From a virus, in IMG/VR virus record IMGVR_UViG_3300017727_001923, positions 97,406-149,135 of that record: a stretch of DNA of 51,730 nucleotides, one strand, 5' to 3'. This document shows positions 37,993-48,114 of the stretch, one piece after another. The translations under genes and the position numbers were made by a program. Within the stretch, counting starts at the first letter, position 1, and each line of letters starts with the position of its first letter. Below the pieces are notes generated by a model that worked only from the letters and a program-made list of their open reading frames with translations, did not search any database and had not been told where the DNA came from.

Positions 37993-39589
37993 ATCATATC
38001 TTGGCAATATAAATGTCAAGCGTGATGGAGTTCAACACAATTTTACAGAAAAGGAAATAACAGAATACTTAAAGTGTTCTAAAGACCCTGTATACTTCTG
38101 TAAGCAATATCTAAAAGTAATCTCTTTGGATGAGGGTCTAGTTCCCTTTGACTTGTATCCATATCAAGAGACAATGTTCGAACACTTCAACAATAACCGA
38201 TTTAGTATCGTCCTTGCATGTAGACAGTCTGGTAAATCAATTAGTTCTGTAGGATATATTATTTGGTTTGCTTGTTTTCATAGTGAGAAAACCATTGCAG
38301 TACTTGCCAACAAAGGTGCAACTGCAAGAGAGATGTTAGGTCGTATCACACTCATGTTAGAGAACTTACCATTCTTTCTACAGCCAGGCACTAAGGCACT
38401 CAACAAAGGTTCAATAGAATTTAGTAATAACTCCCGTATCATTGCTGCCGCAACCTCTGGTAGTTCTATTCGTGGTATGTCCGTTAACTTACTATTCCTA
38501 GATGAGTTTGCGTTTGTTGAAAATGCAAATGAGTTCTATACATCCACCTATCCAGTAATTTCTGCGGGTAAAGATACAAAGGTTATTGTTACATCTACTG
38601 CAAATGGTATCGGTAATACGTTCCATAAGATTTGGGAAGGTGCAGTTCAGAAGGTAAACGAATTCGTTCCTTTTACAGTTAATTGGTGGGACGTGCCAGG
38701 CAGAGATGAGGAATGGAAAAGACAGACAATATCAAACACCTCTCAGTTACAATTTGACCAAGAGTTTGGTAACACCTTTTATGGAACAGGTGATACACTA
38801 ATAAATGCCGAGACATTATTAGGGTTTAGGGCATCAAACCCTCTAGAAGTTCTAGAAGGGGCTGATTTGTTAATATATGAACGTCCAATCAAAGACCATG
38901 AATATATCATGACTGTGGACGTATCAAAGGGAAGAGGTCAGGATTATTCTACGTTTAACGTAATCGACATTAGCACGAGACCGTTCAAACAGGTTGCTGT
39001 CTATCGCAATAATACTATATCTCCAATACTCTTTCCTAATATTATATATAAGTACGGAAATCTCTATAATGATGCATATGTGGTAATTGAGTCTAATGAC
39101 CAAGGTACACTTGTATGTCAAGGACTGTATCAAGACCTAGAGTATGAAAATATTCATATGGAATCTGCAATTAAAGCAGACCGTATTGGTATTGAAATGA
39201 ATAGAAAGGTTAAACGATTAGGTTGTTCTTCTGCAAAAGACTTATTAGAAAGTAATAAATTATCAATTGTAGATGAACATACCATCATGGAAATCTCTAC
39301 TTTTGTATCAAAAGGACAATCTTTTGAAGCATCTGACGGTAATCATGATGATTTAATGATGAATATAGTTATGTTCGGATACTTCTGTTCATCTCAATAC
39401 TTCACTGATATGACAGATATCAACTTAAAAGAGATGATGTTTGCACAAAAAATGAAAGAAATTGAGGATGATGTGCCTCCTGTAGGGTTCATTGATGATG
39501 GTTTAGAAGAAGTGAGACAAGAAGAAATACAGAAAGAACACGGTTGGCATACCTTCGAAGGCACTGGACTAGGTGTTGAAGAATGGTAA
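37970..39589 (+). CDS. gp17: Terminase large subunit gp17
   Basis: Walker A ACRQSGKS, Walker B LLFLDEFAFV, STANG, nuclease DVSKGRGQDYS and HDDLMM; uninterrupted. Confidence 0.95.
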   Translation: MQNQNPNESYLGNINVKRDGVQHNFTEKEITEYLKCSKDPVYFCKQYLKVISLDEGLVPFDLYPYQETMFEHFNNNRFSIVLACRQSGKSISSVGYIIWFACFHSEKTIAVLANKGATAREMLGRITLMLENLPFFLQPGTKALNKGSIEFSNNSRIIAAATSGSSIRGMSVNLLFLDEFAFVENANEFYTSTYPVISAGKDTKVIVTSTANGIGNTFHKIWEGAVQKVNEFVPFTVNWWDVPGRDEEWKRQTISNTSQLQFDQEFGNTFYGTGDTLINAETLLGFRASNPLEVLEGADLLIYERPIKDHEYIMTVDVSKGRGQDYSTFNVIDISTRPFKQVAVYRNNTISPILFPNIIYKYGNLYNDAYVVIESNDQGTLVCQGLYQDLEYENIHMESAIKADRIGIEMNRKVKRLGCSSAKDLLESNKLSIVDEHTIMEISTFVSKGQSFEASDGNHDDLMMNIVMFGYFCSSQYFTDMTDINLKEMMFAQKMKEIEDDVPPVGFIDDGLEEVRQEEIQKEHGWHTFEGTGLGVEEW

Positions 39590-39592
39590 ATG

Positions 39593-39600
39593 TATAAATA
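39593..39600 (+). promoter_or_regulatory. Late promoter TATAAATA (sheath/tube)
   Basis: Exact consensus, intergenic before gp18. Confidence 0.8.
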
Positions 39601-39662
39601 AAGGTAAGTGAATATAACCGTATTATGATAACTTATAATTAGAAAAACTAAAGGAAAGAATT

Positions 39663-41435
39663 ATGGCTCTTTTTACACCCTCTGCTTCTCCTGCTGTAAC
39701 AGTTAAAGAAATTGATTTAACGGGTGTTGTCCCGAACGTTCAAACTTCAACTGGTGCATTCGTGGGGAATTTCGGTTGGGGGCCAGTAGGCGTTGCTACA
39801 CTAGTTTCAGATGAATCTGGACTTGTTAGCACCTTCTCTGCACCAACTGACGATAATACGGTAGATTTCCATTCTGCTGCTTATTTTTTAAGGTATTCCA
39901 ACTCCATGTACGTAGTACGTGAACAGGATAGTGACGGCAAAAACTCCGTTGCGAACCATACCTCATTAGGTACATTAACTGCACAAACAGTTAACAACCT
40001 AGACGCATTCGAAGACTTATCAATTGATAGTTCTGACGGTGCTTTCATTGCCAAATATCCTGGCTCTATCGGTAACTCTCTGAAAATCTCCATCGTGGGA
40101 ACAGACAGTGCTAATGGTAGTTCAGTCAACTTTAATAGTTGGGCATACAAAGACGATTTTGACGGAGCGCCTGGCACTTCTTCTTTCGTATCTGCACTTG
40201 GTGGGTCAAATGACGAAATCCACGTTGCAGTTATTGATGAAGACGGTGAAATTTCGGGTACTGCGGGAACTGTCCTTGAAACATTCCCATACTTATCTGT
40301 TGCAAAGAACGCTAAAGCATCCGATGGTTCATCAAACTTCTTCAAAGAAGTATTGAAGATTCGTTCCAATTGGGTATATGCGGGAGACTTCCACTTATCT
40401 GGTGATTCAGATGGTGTGGATGATTTTGCACACTCAACTTGGGGTAACAATGCAACTACTGCTGGCGAAGACTTCAAAACTAATCAAAACTTCTCTAACA
40501 CACAAAGCACTTGGTCATTCAAAGCTGGTGTTACATCAAGTTCTTTAGGAACTGATGATATCCTTCGTGGATACGACAAGTTTGAAGACAAAGATAATAT
40601 CGAAGTAGACTTCCTTATCGCTCCAGAATCATTGTCAAACACCGCTGCTACTACAATCGTAAATGATTTAGTATCAATAGCGGGAACAACTAGGAAAGAT
40701 TGTGTTGCAGTTGCATCACCTTCTCGTAATGCTGTAGTTACTGTAGGCACCAACGTTGGTGTTCTTGCAAATAACAACACATACACGAAGTCTTCCTACT
40801 TGGTACAAGACAACAACTATCTGAAAGTATTTGACAAGTATAATGACAAATACATTAAGATTCCTGCCGCATCATCCACTGCGGGTCTCATGGCTGCAAC
40901 TGACTTAGTCGCTGCACCTTGGTTCTCCCCTGCTGGGTCAAGACGTGGTAGATATCAAGGAATCACAGATATCATATTATCTCCGACAAAAGCTGAAAGA
41001 GATGCATTATACAAGGCTGGTATCAACCCAATCGCAAATATTCCAGGCGAAGGCATTATGCTCTTCGGTGACAAAACTAACGAATCAAGACCTTCTGCAT
41101 TTGACAGAATTAATGTTCGTAGATTGTTCCTTGGAATTGAAAGAGCGATTGCAATAGCAGGACGTAATGTAATGTTTGAATTCAATGACGAGTTTACTCG
41201 TGCAGAGTTCGTAAACATTGTAGAACCGTTCTTACGTGAGATTCAAGGTCGAAGAGGTATCACGGATTTCCGTGTTGTCTGTGACGCAACGAATAACACG
41301 CCTGCTGTGGTTGACCGTAATGAATTTATCGCTTCTATCTTTATTAAACCCGCACGTTCTATTAACTTCGTAACATTGAATTTTGTTGCAGTTAGAACTG
41401 GTGTTGAGTTTGATGAAGTAGTTGGCACAGTATAA
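39663..41435 (+). CDS. gp18: Tail sheath protein gp18
   Basis: SPAVTVKEIDLT, GNFGWGP, AKYPG..GN, PWFSPAG..RG, RDALYKAGINP, FDRINVRRLF, IKPARSINFV.LNFVA. Confidence 0.95.
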   Translation: MALFTPSASPAVTVKEIDLTGVVPNVQTSTGAFVGNFGWGPVGVATLVSDESGLVSTFSAPTDDNTVDFHSAAYFLRYSNSMYVVREQDSDGKNSVANHTSLGTLTAQTVNNLDAFEDLSIDSSDGAFIAKYPGSIGNSLKISIVGTDSANGSSVNFNSWAYKDDFDGAPGTSSFVSALGGSNDEIHVAVIDEDGEISGTAGTVLETFPYLSVAKNAKASDGSSNFFKEVLKIRSNWVYAGDFHLSGDSDGVDDFAHSTWGNNATTAGEDFKTNQNFSNTQSTWSFKAGVTSSSLGTDDILRGYDKFEDKDNIEVDFLIAPESLSNTAATTIVNDLVSIAGTTRKDCVAVASPSRNAVVTVGTNVGVLANNNTYTKSSYLVQDNNYLKVFDKYNDKYIKIPAASSTAGLMAATDLVAAPWFSPAGSRRGRYQGITDIILSPTKAERDALYKAGINPIANIPGEGIMLFGDKTNESRPSAFDRINVRRLFLGIERAIAIAGRNVMFEFNDEFTRAEFVNIVEPFLREIQGRRGITDFRVVCDATNNTPAVVDRNEFIASIFIKPARSINFVTLNFVAVRTGVEFDEVVGTV

Positions 41436-41448
41436 GGAGTAAAGGAAA

Positions 41449-41976
41449 ATGGCAATTTTAGGCGTAGATGATTTTAAATCAAAACTCAGAGGGGGCGGAG
41501 CTCGTCCCAATCTGTTCAAAGCGACTGTCAACTTTCCAGGCTATGCGGGGGGAGATGTAGAACTTACATCTTTCCTTTGTAAGACTGCACAGTTGCCAGC
41601 ATCCGTAATGAACGTAATGGAAGTTCCTTTCCGTGGTAGACAATTAAAAATGGCGGGTGACCGTACATTTGAACCATGGACAGTAACCATTCTCAATGAT
41701 ACAGATTTCTCAATCCGTAATTCTATGGAAAGATGGATGAATGGTATCAATGCTCATCAAGCTAATACTGGTCTAAGTAATCCTACTGATTACCAAGCAG
41801 ACCTAGTTATCGAGCAGTTGGACAGGGGTGGTGATACTCTCAAGACGTACAACTTCCGTGGATGTTTCCCAACAAACGTCAGTGCAATTGACGTAAGTTA
41901 CGAGACTGTAGATACTATTGAAGAATTTACAGTTGAGTTCCAGATTCAATACTGGGAATCCGACACCACTAGTTAA
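41449..41976 (+). CDS. gp19: Tail tube protein gp19
   Basis: GGARPNLF, FLCKTAQLP, VPFRGR..K.AGDRTFE.WTVT, IEEFTVEF. Confidence 0.95.
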   Translation: MAILGVDDFKSKLRGGGARPNLFKATVNFPGYAGGDVELTSFLCKTAQLPASVMNVMEVPFRGRQLKMAGDRTFEPWTVTILNDTDFSIRNSMERWMNGINAHQANTGLSNPTDYQADLVIEQLDRGGDTLKTYNFRGCFPTNVSAIDVSYETVDTIEEFTVEFQIQYWESDTTS

Positions 41977-41990
41977 TCTAGTTATATATA

Positions 41991-42020
41991 AGGGGGTAGG
42001 GAATAATCCTTACCCCTTTA
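41991..42020 (+). terminator. Hairpin after gp19 (probable intrinsic terminator/attenuator)
   Basis: GGGGTAGGGA-ATAA-TCCTTACCCC followed by TTTA. Confidence 0.6.
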
Positions 42021-42034
42021 TTATGAGGTAAAAA

Positions 42035-43543
42035 ATGGCAGAACAAGACAATAGTATTCTTAAACTATTCGGTTTCGAACTCAAGAGACAAGAGAAAGCC
42101 GAAAAGGAAAAAGAAAAATTAAAGTCCATTGTTGCTCCCACCGATGATGACGGTGCGGGGTATGTTACTGCGTCTGGTTCTCACTATGGTCAATACATTG
42201 ACATGGAAGGGAGTCAAGCAAAGGACAACCAACAATTAATTATGAAATATCGTGGTGTTGCAACACATCCCGAAGTAGATGCCGCAGTAGAAGATATTGT
42301 TAATGAATCAATCGTTGGTTCAGAAATGGATATCTCTTGCGAAATTAATCTGGATAAAGTAGAAGCACCAGATAATATTAAAAATATGATGACCGAAGAA
42401 TTCAACAAAGTATATGGTATGTTGAAATTCACAGATTTAGGTCATGACATATTCCGTTCATTCTATGTTGATGGTAGAATATATCACCATCTTGTAGTAG
42501 ATGAATCCAGAATTAAAGAAGGTATTCAAGAGATTAGAACTATTGATGCCGCAAAGATACGTAAAGTAAAAGAAGTAAAACATGAAAAAGACCCTATCAC
42601 GGGTGCTAAGGTAGTAAAAGAAGTAAAAGAATTCTATATCTTCCAAGAGAAAGCGGGAACTAATCAAGGTGTAAGACTTTCTCCAGACAGTGTTTCATAT
42701 GTATCAAGTGGTCTATTAGACCCAACTAAAAAACAGGTTGTGTCTTATTTACATAAGTCATTAAAACCTATTAACCAATTAAGAATGATGGAAGATTCTC
42801 TTGTAATCTACCGTCTTGCAAGAGCCCCCGAACGTAGAATATTCTATATCGATGTGGGTAACATGCCACGTAATAAGTCTGAAGCGTACATGCAAGGTAT
42901 CATGTCTCGTTACAGAAACAAGATTGTATATGACTCAAGTACTGGTCAACTTAAAGATGACCGTAAACACATGTCTATGTTGGAAGACTTTTGGTTACCA
43001 CGTAGAGAAGGTGGTAGAGGAACTGAAATTTCTACACTGCCTGGCGGTGAGAACCTTGGTCAGATAGATGATATCTTGTACTTCCAGAAGAGGTTGTATC
43101 GTTCATTGAACGTACCAGTCAACCGTCTGGAACAAGAAGCACAGTTTACATTAGGTAGGTCAACTGAAATTTCTAGGGATGAAGTTAAGTTCCAGAAGTT
43201 TATTGACCGTCTACGTAGAAGATTCTCAATGTTGTTTATTGGTATTCTCAAGAAACAACTTATACTCAAAGGTATTATTACTGAGAGTGATTGGGAAGAG
43301 TGGAAGAACGCAATTACTGTTGACTTCCAAAGAGATAACCACTTTACTGAATTGAAGAATGCAGAACTATTACAGAATAGACTACAGACTTTAGACCAAG
43401 TATCTCAGTATGTGGGTGAGTACTTCTCCCGTGAGTGGGCAATGAAGAACGTAATGATGATGTCTGACGAAGATATCGAAGAAATGAAAAAACAAGTCGA
43501 AGGCGAAAACTCCGTTGAAGACGAAGATGAGGAAATACAATGA
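42035..43543 (+). CDS. gp20: Portal protein gp20
   Basis: HPEVDAAVEDIVNE, FYVDGR, NQLRMMEDSLVIYRLARAPERRIFYIDVGNMP, MLEDFWLPRREGGRGTEISTLPGG. Confidence 0.96.
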   Translation: MAEQDNSILKLFGFELKRQEKAEKEKEKLKSIVAPTDDDGAGYVTASGSHYGQYIDMEGSQAKDNQQLIMKYRGVATHPEVDAAVEDIVNESIVGSEMDISCEINLDKVEAPDNIKNMMTEEFNKVYGMLKFTDLGHDIFRSFYVDGRIYHHLVVDESRIKEGIQEIRTIDAAKIRKVKEVKHEKDPITGAKVVKEVKEFYIFQEKAGTNQGVRLSPDSVSYVSSGLLDPTKKQVVSYLHKSLKPINQLRMMEDSLVIYRLARAPERRIFYIDVGNMPRNKSEAYMQGIMSRYRNKIVYDSSTGQLKDDRKHMSMLEDFWLPRREGGRGTEISTLPGGENLGQIDDILYFQKRLYRSLNVPVNRLEQEAQFTLGRSTEISRDEVKFQKFIDRLRRRFSMLFIGILKKQLILKGIITESDWEEWKNAITVDFQRDNHFTELKNAELLQNRLQTLDQVSQYVGEYFSREWAMKNVMMMSDEDIEEMKKQVEGENSVEDEDEEIQ

Positions 43544-43857
43544 GTGAAGTAGAAAATCAAGAAGTGGAAACACAAGAACCAAGTGCAGTAACAGAATTAA
43601 TTAATCAAATCACCAGTGGTGACTTGGCTAATGCTGAAGGTTCTTTTAAAAGTCTTGTACAAGATAAGATGACAGATGCACTAGAAGCACAACGTGTTGC
43701 AACTGCACAGGCAATCTTTAATGACCAAGACGATGACGTTGAAATAGATGAAACAGACATTGAAACAACAGAAAATCCTGAAGAATCGGAAGAAGAAACC
43801 GAAGAAAACGAAGAAATAATAGCAGAATTAGACGATGATGAAGTAGAAACTGCATAA
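43540..43857 (+). CDS. Acidic prohead core protein (gp67-like)
   Basis: Highly acidic C-terminus; directly after the portal gene. Confidence 0.6.
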   Translation: MSEVENQEVETQEPSAVTELINQITSGDLANAEGSFKSLVQDKMTDALEAQRVATAQAIFNDQDDDVEIDETDIETTENPEESEEETEENEEIIAELDDDEVETA

Positions 43858-43883
43858 TTTGCTTGTTTCAAAAACATTGTTTG

Positions 43884-43891
43884 TATAAATA
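43884..43891 (+). promoter_or_regulatory. Late promoter TATAAATA (head genes)
   Basis: Exact consensus, 5 nt before the ATG at 43897. Confidence 0.75.
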
Positions 43892-43896
43892 ATACT

Positions 43897-44118
43897 ATGA
43901 AATCTTATAAAGAAATTCTTCAAGAATTAAGTGAAGCAAAGAAGCCCAAGGGCGAAACTGTCTTCAACAAAAAGATTAAACGTATCCCTGTCCTTATTGT
44001 AAAGGATAAGGGAACAAACCCTTTTGTGGTCTATATTGATGGAGACAAATTAGACTCTTTCAAATCACAAAAGGATGCAGAAAAGTCTGCAATGAAAGTA
44101 ATAAAGGAATTAACATGA
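43897..44118 (+). CDS. Small basic head-region protein (gp68 position)
   Basis: MKSYKEI..ELSEA N-terminus resembling gp21-processed internal head proteins; overlaps the gp21 start. Confidence 0.55.
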   Translation: MKSYKEILQELSEAKKPKGETVFNKKIKRIPVLIVKDKGTNPFVVYIDGDKLDSFKSQKDAEKSAMKVIKELT

Positions 44119-44777
44119 AGTTAATTACAGAATTCACTGATAATGATTCTCTATCTTGTTTAGTAGAAAAGAAAGAGAACGGTGAAAAAAATTATGTCAT
44201 TGAAGGCGTTTTCGCACAAACTGACAAAAAGAACAGAAATGGTCGTGTCTACCCTAAACCTATTATGGAAAAAGCGGTAGCAAAATATGACCAAGAACAA
44301 ATTTCTAAGAAACGTGCGGTTGGGGAATTAAATCACCCTGAAGGGCCGACAGTTAACTTAGACAAAGTTTCACACCTCATCACTGAACTCAAGTTCGAGG
44401 GAAATGATGTGGTTGGAAAGGCACAAATATTGGAAACTCCAATGGGTAAGATTGTGAAAGGTCTTCTTGATGGTGGTGTTCAATTGGGTGTGTCAACTCG
44501 TGGTATGGGTAGCCTTGAGAACAGAAACGGTGCAATGGTCGTCAAAGACGATTTTATTCTTAGTACTGTTGACATAGTACAAGACCCTAGCGCTCCTGAA
44601 GCTTTCGTTAATGGTATAATGGAAGGGGTAGACTGGGTTTGGAATAACGGTGTTTTATGTCCTCAAGTAATTGAAAAAATGGAGACTGAAATTAAAACTG
44701 CTCCGAAAACTGTCTTGTATGAGACAAGTGTTCGAGAGTTCAAGAATTTCCTCTCGTTAATTAAATCTAAAATATAG
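44115..44777 (+). CDS. gp21: Prohead protease gp21
   Basis: IEGVFAQ...NRNGRVYP, GELNHP, LETPMG, GVSTRGMGSL, DIVQDPSAPEAFV. Confidence 0.95.
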   Translation: MKLITEFTDNDSLSCLVEKKENGEKNYVIEGVFAQTDKKNRNGRVYPKPIMEKAVAKYDQEQISKKRAVGELNHPEGPTVNLDKVSHLITELKFEGNDVVGKAQILETPMGKIVKGLLDGGVQLGVSTRGMGSLENRNGAMVVKDDFILSTVDIVQDPSAPEAFVNGIMEGVDWVWNNGVLCPQVIEKMETEIKTAPKTVLYETSVREFKNFLSLIKSKI

Positions 44778-44786
44778 GAGTCAATT

Positions 44787-45839
44787 ATGACTGAAGAAAG
44801 TAAAGTCGAAGTTGAACTCCACGATGAAGACATTAACGACATTGTGGAAGATACTCTCGAAGAAGGAAGCGCTCCTGCTCCTAAAGGGAAACCTGATGCA
44901 AATGCAACTGACGAAGAAGAGTCTATTGCATCTGTAGATAAAGCAGCGGACGCAACCAAAGCAAAACAAGCTCCTGCTCCGAAAACAAAAGCGGGCATGA
45001 TTAATGCAATGAGCATGAAGTTACATTCTATGAAAAAAGATGAACTGACTGCATCATACAGTAATATGATGGATGATGTGCAACACACAGAAGACGCAAT
45101 CGTGGAAACACAGGTTGATACTTCTGCTGAACTGGATGCATTAGTCGAGTCTGAAGCAACACTCAGTGATGAGTTTAAAGCTAAAACCGCAGTAATCTTT
45201 GAAGCAGCCGTGAAATCAAAACTATCAGAAGAAATTGATAGAATTGAATCACAGTATAAGGAAGAATTAGCAGAAGAAATCTCTTCTACTAAGGCAGACC
45301 TTGTAGAGAAAGTGGACAGCTACCTTAACTATGTAGTTGAATCTTGGATGGAAGAAAATCAAGTTGCAATCCAGAGCGGACTCCGCACTGAAATTGCCGA
45401 GACTTTCATGGATAAAATGAAAGACCTCTTTACAGAGTCTTACATTGAAGTCCCAACTTCTAAGGTTGACCTAGTTGATGAACTTGCTGAATCCGTAGAA
45501 GAACTTGAGACTCGTCTCAACGAAACTACTCAGAAAGTTATAGACACAACCGAGGAACTGGAAGTTTACAAACGTGAAACGATTATTCGTGAAGCGTCAC
45601 GTGACCTTGCAGAAACTCAAGTAGAAAAATTGAAATCACTCGTTGAAGGTTTAGATTTTGAAGACGAAGACCAATTCGCCTCTAAAGTCAAGACTGTAAA
45701 AGAGTCATATTTCACAAAAGAAATCACTGGTAGTGAAGAAGTAGAACAAGTTGTAGAAGATGCTGACGTGCAAACTGAAGTATCATCTGTAATGGAACAA
45801 TACATCTCTACTATCCGTAAAAACGCATCTAAATCATAA
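44787..45839 (+). CDS. gp22: Prohead scaffold protein gp22
   Basis: LSDEFKAK...IFEAAV, VDSYLNYVVE.W..EN, LFTE.YI.VP, ETQVEKLKSL.E, KESYF. Confidence 0.92.
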   Translation: MTEESKVEVELHDEDINDIVEDTLEEGSAPAPKGKPDANATDEEESIASVDKAADATKAKQAPAPKTKAGMINAMSMKLHSMKKDELTASYSNMMDDVQHTEDAIVETQVDTSAELDALVESEATLSDEFKAKTAVIFEAAVKSKLSEEIDRIESQYKEELAEEISSTKADLVEKVDSYLNYVVESWMEENQVAIQSGLRTEIAETFMDKMKDLFTESYIEVPTSKVDLVDELAESVEELETRLNETTQKVIDTTEELEVYKRETIIREASRDLAETQVEKLKSLVEGLDFEDEDQFASKVKTVKESYFTKEITGSEEVEQVVEDADVQTEVSSVMEQYISTIRKNASKS

Positions 45840-45851
45840 AGGAAATATAAA

Positions 45852-47165
45852 ATGCAATCTTACGATAATTTAATCGAAAAGTGGGCTCCAGTTCTAAACG
45901 AAGAGTCTGCTGGCGTGATTACTGATAATCACAGACGTGCGGTAACTGCTGCAATTCTCGAAAACCAAGAAAAAGCAATCGCTGAAGAGCGTTCTGCTTC
46001 TGCGGGTTTCATGACAGAGAATGCTGCAAGTGGCGCTAACAACACTGGTTCAGTTAATAACTTTGACCCAGTATTAATCTCACTAGTACGTAGAGCAATG
46101 CCTAACCTCATCGCTTATGACGTATGTGGTGTACAACCTATGAATGGCCCTACTGGTCTTATCTTCGCTATGAAGAGCAGATACCAAGGTGGTTCTACTT
46201 CTAACCGTGAAGCACTATTCAACGAAGCTGAAACTCAGTTCTCTGGTGATAGTTCTGGTACTCACGATTCAGACAATGCGTCTGGTTGGAACGGAATTGA
46301 TTCATCTGGTGCTAGACTTTCTAACCTTGCTGCTGGCGGAATGCCAACTGCTGATGCAGAAGCATTGGGTAGAACTGGTGGTTCATCTTTCAACGAAATG
46401 GGTTTCACCATTGAAAGACAGACTGTAACTGCTAAGTCACGTGCGCTTAAAGCTGAATACACTTTAGAACTTGCACAAGACCTTAAAGCGATTCATGGTC
46501 TTGACGCAGAAACAGAATTGGCTAACATCCTCTCTACTGAAATCCTTGCGGAAATCAACAGAGAAGTTATCCGTACTGTTAACTCTCAAGCGAAAACTGG
46601 AGCTCAACAAGCTAACGTTACTGCAAAAGGTATCTTTAACATGAGTTCAGACGCTGACGGACGTTGGTCTGCTGAGAAGTTCAAAGGTCTTGGTGTACAA
46701 ATTGACCGTGAAGCAAACGTAATTGCAAAAGAAACAAGACGTGGAAAAGGTAACGTAGTTATCTGTTCTTCAGATGTTGCTACTGCACTTGCTGCTGCGG
46801 GTACTTTGGACTATAGTCCTGCTATCAACAACAACCTACAGGTTGACGATACTGGTAATACTTTTGCTGGTGTATTAAACGGACGTATCCGTGTATACAT
46901 CGACCCTTATGCTAACACTGATTATATCACTGTTGGTTATAAAGGACAGAACCCATATGACAGTGGTGTATTCTACTGCCCATACGTTCCGTTGCAAATG
47001 GTTAAAGCAGTTGGTGAAGAAGACTTCCAACCACGTATCGGGTTTAAAACTCGTTACGGAATGGCAAGTAACCCATTTGTTGGGTCTACACCTTCTGACG
47101 GTCTTGCTACTGCAAAGACTAACCAGTACTACAGAATTTTCAAGGTTACTAATATCTTGACATAA
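45852..47165 (+). CDS. gp23: Major capsid protein gp23
   Basis: KWAPVL, FDPVLISLVRRAMPNLIAYDVCGVQPM.GPTGLIFAM, AKSRALKAEYTLELAQDLKAIHGLDAE, YCPYVPLQM, FQPRIGFKTRYG. Confidence 0.97.
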   Translation: MQSYDNLIEKWAPVLNEESAGVITDNHRRAVTAAILENQEKAIAEERSASAGFMTENAASGANNTGSVNNFDPVLISLVRRAMPNLIAYDVCGVQPMNGPTGLIFAMKSRYQGGSTSNREALFNEAETQFSGDSSGTHDSDNASGWNGIDSSGARLSNLAAGGMPTADAEALGRTGGSSFNEMGFTIERQTVTAKSRALKAEYTLELAQDLKAIHGLDAETELANILSTEILAEINREVIRTVNSQAKTGAQQANVTAKGIFNMSSDADGRWSAEKFKGLGVQIDREANVIAKETRRGKGNVVICSSDVATALAAAGTLDYSPAINNNLQVDDTGNTFAGVLNGRIRVYIDPYANTDYITVGYKGQNPYDSGVFYCPYVPLQMVKAVGEEDFQPRIGFKTRYGMASNPFVGSTPSDGLATAKTNQYYRIFKVTNILT

Positions 47166-47204
47166 GTCTGTAATAAGAAGAGTGAGGTTAACTCACCGTT
47201 CTTT

Positions 47205-47233
47205 AAAGGGTCTCTTCGGAGACCCTTTTTTTT
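47205..47233. terminator. Intrinsic terminator with cUUCGg tetraloop, probably bidirectional (gp23 and dam converge)
   Basis: AAAGGGTCTC-TTCG-GAGACCCTTT plus T-run; a second hairpin GTGAG-GTTAA-CTCAC lies just upstream. Confidence 0.9.
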
Positions 47234-48107
47234 ATCCGAAGAAATCGTCTAGTGAAGGTGGGGTAGGTGTGTCGTAGTTTAACAACAAGAGTTCCTTCCT
47301 GTTGTGTTCATCTTCTCTATACTTCTTACCACTATGCATGGTATAAGTCAAATCCCATATACGTTGTTCCCAACCTTTATATGCATCACGAAGAGTATCA
47401 TTAGAATTATACGTAATCATGATTAGATTCTTAGAGTTGTCTGTGACTGTGTGAAAGTCTTTGTGGTCAAATGAGTCATGCATGTCACCATTGTTACCAT
47501 AGATAAATGACTTGATGTCATATGGTGGGTCTGCAAATACAAATGCATCTGGATTATCATCAAACATGACACTATAGTCATCATTGGTCAATGTCCAGTT
47601 TTTCATGAGATGACCGAACTTAGGTAGTTTTGCAATCAGTCTATGATTGAACAAATCCTTTACTGCATCTTTACTGAATGAACCTGTCGATTCTCCTAGT
47701 CCAGAGAAAGAACATCGATTCATTATATAGAATCTCCAAGCAATTTCGAACTCATTATCTGGGTTCTCTAGACCTTCACGCATAACATGATAATAATCTA
47801 GATGTGCTTGAAGAGGGTCAGAAGACTCAGATAGTTCTGTTTTGACACTATGTAGTTTGTCTGCAAGTTTCTGACCTTCCTGTTGTACGGTCAACCAAAA
47901 ACAATACAGATTGTAGTATTTGTCATTGACCCATACAGGAACATTGGGATACTTCTTACTAAAGGCAAATGCACATGAACCACCCCCAAGGAAGGGTTCA
48001 CGATACTCTTTAATAGAGTCTATAGGCATATTCTCGTCACTGAATAAGAAGTCAGTTGCACGAGTCTTTCCGCCTGGATATCTAAGTGGAGATTTTAAAT
48101 CTTTCAT
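47232..48107 (-). CDS. dam: DNA adenine methyltransferase, D12/Dam family
   Basis: KSPLRYPGGKT, YREPFLGGGS, VNDK, NRCSFSGL, catalytic DPPY. Confidence 0.88.
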   Translation of the reverse strand: MKDLKSPLRYPGGKTRATDFLFSDENMPIDSIKEYREPFLGGGSCAFAFSKKYPNVPVWVNDKYYNLYCFWLTVQQEGQKLADKLHSVKTELSESSDPLQAHLDYYHVMREGLENPDNEFEIAWRFYIMNRCSFSGLGESTGSFSKDAVKDLFNHRLIAKLPKFGHLMKNWTLTNDDYSVMFDDNPDAFVFADPPYDIKSFIYGNNGDMHDSFDHKDFHTVTDNSKNLIMITYNSNDTLRDAYKGWEQRIWDLTYTMHSGKKYREDEHNRKELLLLNYDTPTPPSLDDFFG

Positions 48108-48114
48108 GTTGTAT

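Noticed and set aside
37970-47165. Introns, inteins or homing endonucleases in terminase, portal or capsid genes
   Set aside because: ORFs are continuous and of ordinary length with no intein or endonuclease motifs
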